Assembly: GCA_965249955.1 (NCBI GenBank)
Contig: OZ252261.1
Coordinates: forward strand, 1,823,971 to 1,887,970
Reading direction: 5' to 3'
From: Bacteroidia bacterium
GTDB taxonomy: Bacteria; Bacteroidota; Bacteroidia; UBA8524
Length of the DNA stretch: 64,000 nt
The position numbers and the translations under genes were made by a program. This document shows positions 46,366-55,591 of the stretch, in pieces. Under the pieces are notes generated by a model. That model did not search any database. It had not been told where the DNA came from and saw only the letters and a list, made by a program, of their open reading frames with translations. The stretch's first letter is position 1. Each line of letters begins with the position of its first letter.

Positions 46366-46824
46366 CTATTTTGTTAAAATGTAGCTAGAAGAATTATTTC
46401 GAGTTCTACCGCCAGTATAAATGTTGAAGTGTGAATAGTATAGTCCCAAACCTGATGAAACTTGTGCTTCACCTTTCTCTAAAAGATATTCATTTAAGGC
46501 CTTTCCAAATGCAGATTTCAAATCGATGTGTGCTAAAAAATTACTAATCTCAATGTAATCTCGACTAGCAGAATCCCAGTGATTATTGCCATATTCACGA
46601 ATAGTATTAAAAACTCTAAGTATTTCAACACAAGAATTAAAACTAAGCAAGCTGGTATCTTTCATATTTAGAATATTATTTGTGACTTTAACAATATTAA
46701 TAAAGCTATCATTGCTTATTTTAACTTGTCTTTCGTCGTTTTGGGCATTTAGTTGCCCACTACTGAAAACACATACAATTAGTGCTAAATATAATCGGGT
46801 CGTTTTTTTAGTTATGAAAGTCAT
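46366..46824 (-). CDS. Hypothetical secreted protein (152 aa).
   Basis: Signal peptide ending SGQLNAQ. No family recognised. Confidence 0.35.
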   Translation of the reverse strand: MTFITKKTTRLYLALIVCVFSSGQLNAQNDERQVKISNDSFINIVKVTNNILNMKDTSLLSFNSCVEILRVFNTIREYGNNHWDSASRDYIEISNFLAHIDLKSAFGKALNEYLLEKGEAQVSSGLGLYYSHFNIYTGGRTRNNSSSYILTK

Positions 46825-46829
46825 AGGCT

Positions 46830-48314
46830 TTACTCATTACAAACGCCTGCTTCCACCAAATAGTGTCGGTCTTCGCGCTCAAAATAGTAGCGCACATTAG
46901 GTTTAATTACAGAATCAGGGTGTTGCAGCCGTTTTGTTGGGTTTACACCCTCCCACAAGGTTTCATCACATATTACCATGCGCGGGTTTTGCCATGCGTT
47001 GTATACACTGCTTATCCACAAGTAATCGTGCTTATGAAACGCACCCAACAACCAATACGGCGGGGCAACAGTATAATTGTAGGGCAATACTTTTGCTACA
47101 GCTTCAATTTCTTTTACATACGGTTTTTCGGTAGCAGGCTTTGGTTTTGAAAAAATACCAACTGCATTTTGACTGAAAGAATAGTTAACCGCTGTTTGCA
47201 ATAAAACTACTTGTGCTATCACCAAAATTATTGCGACAGCTATACTAAGCACATTATTTTTTTGGAGCGAAGAAAACCAAAACCTGCCTTGTATAATGGT
47301 ATAAGCTGCAACCGCCAAAAATAACGTAAACGATAGCGAAAAACGAGGAACCCAAGTGAGCGAAAATCCGTTTTGTGGCAAATATACCAAGCCCGATACT
47401 AGGTTTACAGCCAATACAGGTAGAGACAGCAAAGCCCACCACAGCAAAAGTTTAGGTTGTATGCGTACAAACATTAGCCAAACCACTAAGGGCAATTGCA
47501 TCAGCGCAAAACTGTTTAGTATGCTGGTAATGTAGTCTTTTTTCACGCTGTTGTCCATTTCAGCCCATCGGGTAAAAGCCTTATCAAGCCGTGTTTCGGC
47601 AAAGTGGTTTTTATACTTTAGGTAGAAAATACCTAACGCAAAAATGGCTAGGTATACCACGCCCCACATAAATGATTTTTTTAGCCATTGCTTTTGGGTG
47701 ATACGCCCTGAAATCCACTCCCATGTAAAATATAAAATATGCAGGCAAGCCGCCAATACCGCCCCATCTTCTTTAACAGAAATAATAAAAAGTGCACTTA
47801 TAATACTAACCCATTTTTGTTGCCTGTGTAGCGATAATGCAAAAACAAACCCTAAAGGGATGTAAAGTATTTCTATATGAAAGCCAAACCAAGTATCATC
47901 GTACAACCAAAACGAGTATGGGCCAAGAAATAGGGCTAATAGGAAAACGGTGATGCGGGCGTTGCTTACCTTGGCTTTTTGTAAGGTTTTTAAGCCGTAT
48001 ATAAATGCCCAAACATAAAGCCCCAGTTGTGCAGTAAACAACCCGTACGCTCCCCACCACAGCACCAAAGGCCCCAATAATAGGTTAAAAAAATAGTTAT
48101 GGTATTGGGCATGGTTGCCATAGTTATTCTCAAACATAGCAGGCCGACCTTGCAACCAACTACGGCTTGTTTGTATGTGCGAGAATAAATCACTTTGGTA
48201 AGTGTGTTTATTAAACAAAGCAACTTTTGCAGCAAAAAACCAAAACAGTATAGCCAAACCAAAGCCAACTATGGCTACAGCCCAATACTGTTGTTGTTTG
48301 CTATTTATAGCCAT
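46830..48314 (-). CDS. Polytopic membrane protein, DUF2079-like (putative GT-C-fold glycosyltransferase), tandem paralog 1.
   Basis: 494 aa with ~12 TM. Shares YQSDL(F/Y).H...SR.WLQGRP.M.EN.YG.H...HNYFF.LL.GPL and (V/I)SVKEDGAV with the adjacent paralog. Confidence 0.5.
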   Translation of the reverse strand: MAINSKQQQYWAVAIVGFGLAILFWFFAAKVALFNKHTYQSDLFSHIQTSRSWLQGRPAMFENNYGNHAQYHNYFFNLLLGPLVLWWGAYGLFTAQLGLYVWAFIYGLKTLQKAKVSNARITVFLLALFLGPYSFWLYDDTWFGFHIEILYIPLGFVFALSLHRQQKWVSIISALFIISVKEDGAVLAACLHILYFTWEWISGRITQKQWLKKSFMWGVVYLAIFALGIFYLKYKNHFAETRLDKAFTRWAEMDNSVKKDYITSILNSFALMQLPLVVWLMFVRIQPKLLLWWALLSLPVLAVNLVSGLVYLPQNGFSLTWVPRFSLSFTLFLAVAAYTIIQGRFWFSSLQKNNVLSIAVAIILVIAQVVLLQTAVNYSFSQNAVGIFSKPKPATEKPYVKEIEAVAKVLPYNYTVAPPYWLLGAFHKHDYLWISSVYNAWQNPRMVICDETLWEGVNPTKRLQHPDSVIKPNVRYYFEREDRHYLVEAGVCNE

Positions 48315-49813
48315 TATTTAGGTGTTATGCCTGCTTCAATAAGGTAGTGGCGATCTTCGGGAACAAAATAATACGTTAGTTTTTCGGCTACTAACGAGTC
48401 GGGGTTTTGTATCGCCTTATGCGGATCACTCTGGCCTATATTACTCTCGTTAAAAACAATCATGCGCGGCCATATATGCGCCACAGGTATCAGGTTTGTC
48501 CAAATTAAATCTTGCTTATGAAAATAGCCAAACATAGGGTAGGGAGGGGCTATTGGGTACATGGGGGGCAGTACTTTACCCAGTTTTCGCATATCCTCCC
48601 AGTGGGGATAGTTTTGGTGGTGTGTATTTATACTAAATATTCTGCGTGAATATTTTGGGTACGAGTATTCTATTTCACTATTCAGCAAACTAATTTGCCA
48701 TTTAAAAAGCACAATACTAAAACCAATAGCAGCCACCCACAACACAAAGCTAGGGCGAAACCAAGCCCTTGAAAACATAAGCAACGAAAACGAACCCATA
48801 GCTAAAAAAAGGCTAAAGGTTAATGCAAAGCGAGGCACCCATGTAAGCGAAAAAAACTGCGCAGGGAAATACACAAAACCCGAAATTAGGTTAACAATAA
48901 TAATGGGGATAGAAAATGTCAACCACCACAACCAAGCCTTGTAGTTTAGCTGACGGATAAATAACATAAAGGCGGCTAAAGGCAATACCATCAAGCCAAA
49001 CGAAGAAAAAATACCTGTAAAGTAAGTGCGTATATTTTCTTTGCTTTGTAAACCTATTCGTTCAAACGATTCGGTAATTCTATCGTAGCCAAAATCGTTT
49101 TGAAGTTTTAGATAATACACCCCTGCTACAAATACGGCTACCCAAACACTACCCCACAAAAGCGATTGCAGCAACCAACGTTTTGTGGTGGTTTTTTTTG
49201 CAGCAAATTGCAAGGCAATAAACAATAGGTGTATACAAGCTACCATTACAGCCCCATCTTCTTTTACTGATACCATTAGTATGGCCGATAGTGCACTAAC
49301 CCAATGTTGTTTTTTGTATAGCGAAATAGCCAAAATAAAACCAAGGGGTATATAAAGCATTTCGGTATGGAAGCCATAGTGCGGATTATCGAACAGCCAA
49401 AAAGAAAAGGGCGCACAAAAGAAAGCAATATAAAAAACGGCAGTATACAAGCGATGGTTTAAGCTGGCCTCTTTTTTATAAATAGTAGGAAAGGTGTATA
49501 AAAGCGCAATAATGTACAAGGCAAATTGGGTAACAAAAAGCCCTATTACTCCCCATTGTTTTGTTAAAGGCCCCATTAACAAATCAAAAAAGTAATTGTG
49601 TATTTTGCCGTGAAAACCATAGCAGTTTTCGTGCATCAACGGTCGCCCTTGCAGCCACCCTCGGCTTATTTCAAGGTGCGTATACAGGTCTGATTGGTAA
49701 TCGGGGCGGTTAAAAATTGCAATCTTGGCTGCATAGTACCAAATTAATATTCCTAGCGAGGCAAAGAATATAGCTAGGCCTAAAAAATCACGTTTTTTAA
49801 AAAGCTCTATCAC
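48314..49813 (-). CDS. Polytopic membrane protein, DUF2079-like, tandem paralog 2.
   Basis: 499 aa. Colinear similarity with 46830-48314 along the whole length. Its stop codon overlaps the start of paralog 1. Confidence 0.5.
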   Translation of the reverse strand: MIELFKKRDFLGLAIFFASLGILIWYYAAKIAIFNRPDYQSDLYTHLEISRGWLQGRPLMHENCYGFHGKIHNYFFDLLMGPLTKQWGVIGLFVTQFALYIIALLYTFPTIYKKEASLNHRLYTAVFYIAFFCAPFSFWLFDNPHYGFHTEMLYIPLGFILAISLYKKQHWVSALSAILMVSVKEDGAVMVACIHLLFIALQFAAKKTTTKRWLLQSLLWGSVWVAVFVAGVYYLKLQNDFGYDRITESFERIGLQSKENIRTYFTGIFSSFGLMVLPLAAFMLFIRQLNYKAWLWWLTFSIPIIIVNLISGFVYFPAQFFSLTWVPRFALTFSLFLAMGSFSLLMFSRAWFRPSFVLWVAAIGFSIVLFKWQISLLNSEIEYSYPKYSRRIFSINTHHQNYPHWEDMRKLGKVLPPMYPIAPPYPMFGYFHKQDLIWTNLIPVAHIWPRMIVFNESNIGQSDPHKAIQNPDSLVAEKLTYYFVPEDRHYLIEAGITPK

Positions 49814-51204
49814 TTATTGTTTTCTACCGTTTGTTTACTGATTAAAACATATTGCCACACCAAAAATGCGGCGGCCATTGGCAATAGCCATATCATACGC
49901 GCCATATACCTGTCTACCACGCCCGAAAATGATGCACAAACCACACCGTTTACTACGCAGCCTATAAACACTACTATTGCAAACGCAAAAGGGCTGTTAT
50001 AAGCAGCGTTGCGATAAAATATTATCCCCAAAACCAACAATAGCAATAGCGAAGCGTATACCACCCAACGCTGTATGGTAGACTGTGTTTCAAAATGCAA
50101 CGTTTCTGTATACTGTACGGCATTTTGGTATTGGGACATTTCGCGCCCAAAAAAATCTTTAATACCACTATACACCGGCGAGTTTTCGGCCATTGGGGTT
50201 AGGTAACCCAAATCAAAAAGCCCTAGTTGCCTCCAACTGTCGGAGGCACATTTTTCAATCAAAGCATTGCGAGATGGGCCATAAGCCAAAATACCTTTTA
50301 CGGTTTTGCCGTAGGCAGCATCTTTTTCAATCCAACATTCGCCCCAGCCCTTTGCTACACAAGCACTATCGTATAGTGGGCTGTTGTTAAACTCCCACAA
50401 AAAATCTACCGCCAACGGCGATAAGTTATCTTTTGCCGCACATAAATCGGCAGGGGCATCAGGGCATTTATGGTCGAGGTACACTTTAGCTGCCCCTGTT
50501 TCTATACAGCGCGCCACCAAAAACACATTCCCTGTACGCGACGGCTGAAAACCGACACCCAGCCAGTAATTGAACAGGCAAATAACCAACCACGAGGCTA
50601 TGCTCCAAAATACCACTCGTTTGTGGGTTTTGTTTCTATCAGCAAAAAATGGTTTTTTCTTAAAGATAAGTCGCAGTACAAACAGGCCAACGGCCAGTAA
50701 ACTAAAGATAAGCAGGTGCGAGCTGTGCACAGATATTGAAAACAGCAACACCACTACCAACCAAAAACGGTGTTTTGATGGAATACTTTTGCCTGCAACC
50801 AAAGTAGCAAAAGCCAACAGTGCAATAGGCGAAAATACATCGGCCATTATTTGGCTATGGTTGTGCGATAAGCCTGTTAAAAAGCCCAAACCTGCCAATA
50901 AAAGACAAGCAGGAATAAAGGAGTTTTTTAGTTTTAAAATATACCGCACTGCCATGCGTGCAGCATACAACAGTATTAACGATTGTGCTAAGAGAACCAG
51001 CCAAAGGCTAAACCACAAACTGCTGTGGCGCACAAACCAACTGTAAAAATAGGGACGGTCGACAGGTACGTAGTGAATAAAACCGGCGACTATGTATGTG
51101 CCCGAATCAGAATAGAGCATGGGATAGCCGTTGAGCAGGGCAGGAAAATTAATTGCTGCCAGCGCGACTATAAAAGCCAATATTTTTAGCACCCATTGCC
51201 TCAC
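49810..51204 (-). CDS. Polytopic membrane protein with a Cys-rich extracytoplasmic domain (464 aa). Start uncertain.
   Basis: N-terminal block of ~7 TM. A ~150-aa loop carries 7 Cys (..ARCIETG..DHKCPDAPADLCAAKD..DSACVAKGWGECWIEKD..EKCASD..). C-terminal TMs. The 4-nt overlap with the upstream paralog suggests an operon. Confidence 0.45.
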   Translation of the reverse strand: MRQWVLKILAFIVALAAINFPALLNGYPMLYSDSGTYIVAGFIHYVPVDRPYFYSWFVRHSSLWFSLWLVLLAQSLILLYAARMAVRYILKLKNSFIPACLLLAGLGFLTGLSHNHSQIMADVFSPIALLAFATLVAGKSIPSKHRFWLVVVLLFSISVHSSHLLIFSLLAVGLFVLRLIFKKKPFFADRNKTHKRVVFWSIASWLVICLFNYWLGVGFQPSRTGNVFLVARCIETGAAKVYLDHKCPDAPADLCAAKDNLSPLAVDFLWEFNNSPLYDSACVAKGWGECWIEKDAAYGKTVKGILAYGPSRNALIEKCASDSWRQLGLFDLGYLTPMAENSPVYSGIKDFFGREMSQYQNAVQYTETLHFETQSTIQRWVVYASLLLLLVLGIIFYRNAAYNSPFAFAIVVFIGCVVNGVVCASFSGVVDRYMARMIWLLPMAAAFLVWQYVLISKQTVENNK

Positions 51205-52995
51205 GCTGCCAAATATACGGCTATAAGTGCATTTGGGGTATTTTTAAGTATTTTTGGCGCAATAACTTCTGTTTTGGCGCAACACCTAAAAAAATACATT
51301 AAGTGGTATATAGCTGCATTATTGTTTGCAGCTACCTATGCCTTGTATACCGACGGCATTGTGATGCAGGCTAACCGCATGATTATAGGTAGGTTGGATA
51401 TGCAAAGCGATGTGCCTGTTTTTTACAACAACATTTATTTGTTTGAAAAGAAAGTTCAGGCAGGAGAAAACCCGCTGAATAATGATATGGAAATGTACCC
51501 TGCGGGGTTTAACATGGCCATGAATTCGCACAACTTTGCTATGGGTATTTTTTGCCTTCCCTTTAAAAATAATATGCAGGGGCTAAACATGGGTTTGTGG
51601 CTCTCGTTTATACTTTCAGGCTTAGGTGCTGCTTTTTTGTGCTACCGTTTTGTACCTAATTATTGGGCGGCGGTATTGGTAGGGTTTATTTTCGCCTTTT
51701 CGCCTTGGAAAATGCTAAAACTGCAAGATCATCATTGGTTTGCACTTACGGCCACTATACCGTTTTATATATATCATTTTATCGATATTTTCGATTTTAA
51801 AAGGCGACGGTATTTACCCTCTATCAGCAGTTACAAAAAAATAATTTATTGTTTTTTGTTGGGCGCGGTTACTGCCTTATCAGAGTATTACCTTACTTTT
51901 TTCCTTATTTATTTTTCGTTGTTTTATGTACTGATAAAACAATACGTACAGCCTTGGCGTATCAACTTTAAAAAACCAAAAACATGGGGCATTATAGCTT
52001 TTGCGGTAGTGGGTATAAGTATTTTGGTGAGTGTGCTTGATGGTGCTGGCTGGGACAATAAAGGAGCTTTTTTTTGGGGAGGAGATTTGGCTGCATATTT
52101 TCTTCCCGTATACCAAACTTGGGTAAAGGATTTTATAGGTGTTTTTGGTTTTGAAATCCCTGCCTATCAAGAAAACTTTTTCTTTCTTGGGTTTTCATTT
52201 ATTGCCTTTACAGTGTTGGTTTTCATCAAAGCTAAAAAAAGTAAAATTACACCACCTGAAGATATAAAAGCTTTTGCATGGCTGGCTTTGTTGTTTGTGT
52301 TGTTCAGTTTGCCTGTACTAAAAGTATTGGGTCATTTTTTGTTTTATCTGCCCACAGCCATTTTTCATTACATACCGTTTTTTAATAATGTGCGCGTTAT
52401 TACCCGCATATTTATATTGTTTAGTCTACTGTTTCCTATTGTGGTAATGTGGTTTTATCACAACAGCGTGCAATGGAAGTTTAAGAATATTTTACCCGTA
52501 ATAGTATTGGTAGTGTTGTGGTTTGAGTTTACTCCGCCTAAATACGATGTGATTGACAGCCAAACAACCCCGACAGAAATAGCCCAACTGCACAGAATAA
52601 AAGGCAATGTGGTATTGCCCATACCCGCAGGTTTGCGCGATGGTTTCACCCAAATAGGTCTTAATAATTCGGATATGCTGTTTTATCAAACCCTGTTTGA
52701 TAAAAAAATGATAGGAGGCTATACTGCTAGGCTAACAGATGATGTACGACAGTTGTACCTATCAGACAGTGTGATGAAAAACATACTTATCCTTTCAGAA
52801 AATCCCAATGCAGTTGTTGCATTACCAACGCCCCAACAAACTGAACAATTTTTCACCACTTTTGAGGTTGATATGGTGTGTATAGCCCCCACCTATAAAG
52901 GCACAAAGGCTGAGGAGTATGCGCGCTACATAGCGGCACAAAGGGGATTAAACATTATACAGGGCAAAAAGTATCTTATTTTAACAAAAAATTAA
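51196..52995 (+). CDS. Large polytopic membrane protein (599 aa by the ORF track). Start uncertain, because the annotated start overlaps the divergent upstream gene.
   Basis: At least 12 hydrophobic helices in the first 450 aa, then a ~150-aa soluble C-terminal domain. GT-C-like overall topology. Confidence 0.45.
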   Translation: MPHAAKYTAISAFGVFLSIFGAITSVLAQHLKKYIKWYIAALLFAATYALYTDGIVMQANRMIIGRLDMQSDVPVFYNNIYLFEKKVQAGENPLNNDMEMYPAGFNMAMNSHNFAMGIFCLPFKNNMQGLNMGLWLSFILSGLGAAFLCYRFVPNYWAAVLVGFIFAFSPWKMLKLQDHHWFALTATIPFYIYHFIDIFDFKRRRYLPSISSYKKIIYCFLLGAVTALSEYYLTFFLIYFSLFYVLIKQYVQPWRINFKKPKTWGIIAFAVVGISILVSVLDGAGWDNKGAFFWGGDLAAYFLPVYQTWVKDFIGVFGFEIPAYQENFFFLGFSFIAFTVLVFIKAKKSKITPPEDIKAFAWLALLFVLFSLPVLKVLGHFLFYLPTAIFHYIPFFNNVRVITRIFILFSLLFPIVVMWFYHNSVQWKFKNILPVIVLVVLWFEFTPPKYDVIDSQTTPTEIAQLHRIKGNVVLPIPAGLRDGFTQIGLNNSDMLFYQTLFDKKMIGGYTARLTDDVRQLYLSDSVMKNILILSENPNAVVALPTPQQTEQFFTTFEVDMVCIAPTYKGTKAEEYARYIAAQRGLNIIQGKKYLILTKN

Positions 52996-54351
52996 GTGCG
53001 TAATGTAACATCATATAGTTTTTGGGCTTTTTGTGCCTTAGTAGTGCTTTACGTAGTACTGTTTTTTAACGGGCGTGAGTGGATGAAGCACGATGCTCTT
53101 CGCCACGATATGACAGCGTATTACGCCTACTTGCCTGCTGTTTTTGTTGATCAAGAGATTGAACTAAACAGCGAGGAAACCCGGAAAAACACAATGTATT
53201 GGTGGAGTGTAGAAGCTCCCGCACGCGAAGGCCGCATCATTAGGATGAGTATGGGTGTTAGCTACCTGCATTTGCCCTTTTTTCTGCTGGCACATATTAC
53301 TGCTAAACCGTTGGGACACGAAGCCAATGGGTTTAATGTCCATTATTACTTTTTTATACTGATAGGCAGTGTGTTTTATGCCCTTGCAGGGTTTTGGTTG
53401 CTACGCAAACTGCTATTACTTTTTTTTGGCGATGGAGTTACCGCTATTACTCTAATACTTATAGCTACTGCTACCAACTTGGTATATTATGCCCTTAGCG
53501 AAGGAGCTATGAGCCACGCATACAACTTTTTTTTAGTGATAGCTTTGCTATACCTCACTGTAAAATGGCATACAAAGCCTAAGTGGGGCAATACTATTTT
53601 ATTGGGCTTGGTAATGGGCATTATTACCCTTGCACGCCCTCTAAACTTATTGCTGGCTTTAGTGCCTGTGTTATACAATGTATATTCAAAAGAAACGCTT
53701 ATGCAAAAGCTACAGCTAATCCAAAAAAACTGGGGTAAGGTGTTAATAGCGGTTGTGTTTGCTTTTTTAGCTTTGTTGCCCCAATTGCTCTACTGGCATT
53801 ATATGAGCGGTGAGTGGACGTATTATACCTACGGCGATGAAGGCTTTTTCTTTACCCACCCGCATATTATTGATGGGTTGTTTAGCTACCGCAAAGGTTG
53901 GTTTGTATACACCCCCATTATGGCAGTAGCTGCGGTAGGTTTAGTGATGATTTGGAAACAAGCCAAACAATGGGCATTGCCTTTGTTTATAGTACTACCC
54001 GTATTTGTTTGGTGTGTTTACAGTTGGTGGACATGGTGGTATGGCGGTAGTTTTGGCTCGCGACCGATGATAGATATTTACGGGCTAATGGCCATTCCTT
54101 TGGCGGCAATACTTACTTGGGCACTAAAAAGAAAATGGACGGGTGCAACGTTTTTGCTATTGGGTGCATTCTTTATATACCTTAACATATACCAAACCTA
54201 CCAGTACAAAAAGGCAATGATACACTGGGACAGTATGACCAAAGAGGCCTACTGGGCGGTTTTTTTAAAGAAAAATTACCCTGATAACTACGACAATTTG
54301 ATAAAAGCCCCCGATTACGAAAAAGCAAAAAAAGGTGAAGATGAATACTAA
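52996..54351 (+). CDS. Polytopic membrane protein with a GT-C-like first-loop motif (451 aa).
   Basis: The start is adjacent to the previous stop. Acidic/aromatic loop motif ALRHDMTAYYAYLP follows TM1, as in the DE..Y motif of GT-C enzymes such as PMT/ArnT. Around 11 TM helices. Confidence 0.45.
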   Translation: MRNVTSYSFWAFCALVVLYVVLFFNGREWMKHDALRHDMTAYYAYLPAVFVDQEIELNSEETRKNTMYWWSVEAPAREGRIIRMSMGVSYLHLPFFLLAHITAKPLGHEANGFNVHYYFFILIGSVFYALAGFWLLRKLLLLFFGDGVTAITLILIATATNLVYYALSEGAMSHAYNFFLVIALLYLTVKWHTKPKWGNTILLGLVMGIITLARPLNLLLALVPVLYNVYSKETLMQKLQLIQKNWGKVLIAVVFAFLALLPQLLYWHYMSGEWTYYTYGDEGFFFTHPHIIDGLFSYRKGWFVYTPIMAVAAVGLVMIWKQAKQWALPLFIVLPVFVWCVYSWWTWWYGGSFGSRPMIDIYGLMAIPLAAILTWALKRKWTGATFLLLGAFFIYLNIYQTYQYKKAMIHWDSMTKEAYWAVFLKKNYPDNYDNLIKAPDYEKAKKGEDEY

Positions 54352-55516
54352 TACAGTCAAAAAAAGCATACTGTTTATAGTGCTTGCCCTTAGTTTTTAT
54401 ACATCACAAGCTATTGATGGGCGTTTGCTGATAAGCACTACACCCAATTTTTTTGATAGGTGGTATAAAAGCTATAACGAAATACCCATGGCGCATATAC
54501 CCCAAACACAAACCGTATACAAACGGCAGGTATTTTATATGTTGCCCGTTATCACTGGTTTTTCGGCTACGGAGAATAGACCTAATATTAGTTATGATGT
54601 AAACATTAGCCTTAACGGAAAATCGGTATACAATAAAAAAGCAGTTACAGGATTAACCAAAATTGTAAACGATACTAGTGCTGTTTTTTTGTGCGAAACA
54701 GTGCTTAATTACGAGTTTTTAGAAAAAAGTCCCGACGGCACATACACTATAACTGTAGTATTACACGATAATATAAGCAAAAACACTAAACAACTAACCG
54801 CAGAGATTACTGTAACGGCGTATAAGTTTAACGAACGAAAATTTACCAATGCCGATAGTTTTTTTGTATGGCAAAACTACTACTACGAGGGTATTGAGCC
54901 TGATAGAGAGATTGACGGATTGATGTTTTTCTCTTTCCCCCAAATGCAAACCAATGCTGAGAAAACCCTTGCATTGTTGGCTTATTTTGAAGACCTGTTT
55001 AAAGGCAAAACCTATTTGCTGAAAGAACTGGAAAACATTTTCCCCTCACGCAATGCTGACGAAAGGCTAACCATGATACACGTACTAAACTTGGTAAGCT
55101 ATATGCCCCAAAGCCTACAAAATAAATTTACTACCGAAGAAAAGAAATTTTATGCTGATCTAAAGGGATTTGGGCTACCTGTAATACCTGAAGAAACAGT
55201 AAACAACCATTTTTTGTTGAACATACTTTGGTCTAAATTTTTTGCAACGGGCAGTTACAACTATGCTAAAAAAATTGCTGAAACCTTTGAACTGGCCAAA
55301 TACAAAGGCGCTCTTATCACCTTTAACGAGTCAGAACAAACGGAAGCCGACAAGCAAGCCGCATTTTTAGAAACTGTATACCAAAAAAACATAGAAGATA
55401 TGTTGAAACGTTTGCCCAATCATCCATTGTTCAACGGATATTGCCTGTATATGATAGATAGGGGCGATGTGAGCGAATTGGTAAAAAAAGAATTAGTATC
55501 AGTTGTGGTGCGGTAA
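54335..55516 (+). CDS. Hypothetical secreted protein (393 aa), translationally coupled by a 17-nt overlap to the upstream membrane protein.
   Basis: Signal peptide MKMNTNTVKKSILFIVLALSFYTSQA. No family recognised. Confidence 0.4.
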   Translation: MKMNTNTVKKSILFIVLALSFYTSQAIDGRLLISTTPNFFDRWYKSYNEIPMAHIPQTQTVYKRQVFYMLPVITGFSATENRPNISYDVNISLNGKSVYNKKAVTGLTKIVNDTSAVFLCETVLNYEFLEKSPDGTYTITVVLHDNISKNTKQLTAEITVTAYKFNERKFTNADSFFVWQNYYYEGIEPDREIDGLMFFSFPQMQTNAEKTLALLAYFEDLFKGKTYLLKELENIFPSRNADERLTMIHVLNLVSYMPQSLQNKFTTEEKKFYADLKGFGLPVIPEETVNNHFLLNILWSKFFATGSYNYAKKIAETFELAKYKGALITFNESEQTEADKQAAFLETVYQKNIEDMLKRLPNHPLFNGYCLYMIDRGDVSELVKKELVSVVVR

Positions 55517-55591
55517 GCAACCCCAACCATCATTTGCCCATCTAATCAAAATATATTTCGGTTATTTGCACTACAACTACCCTGTATACTT

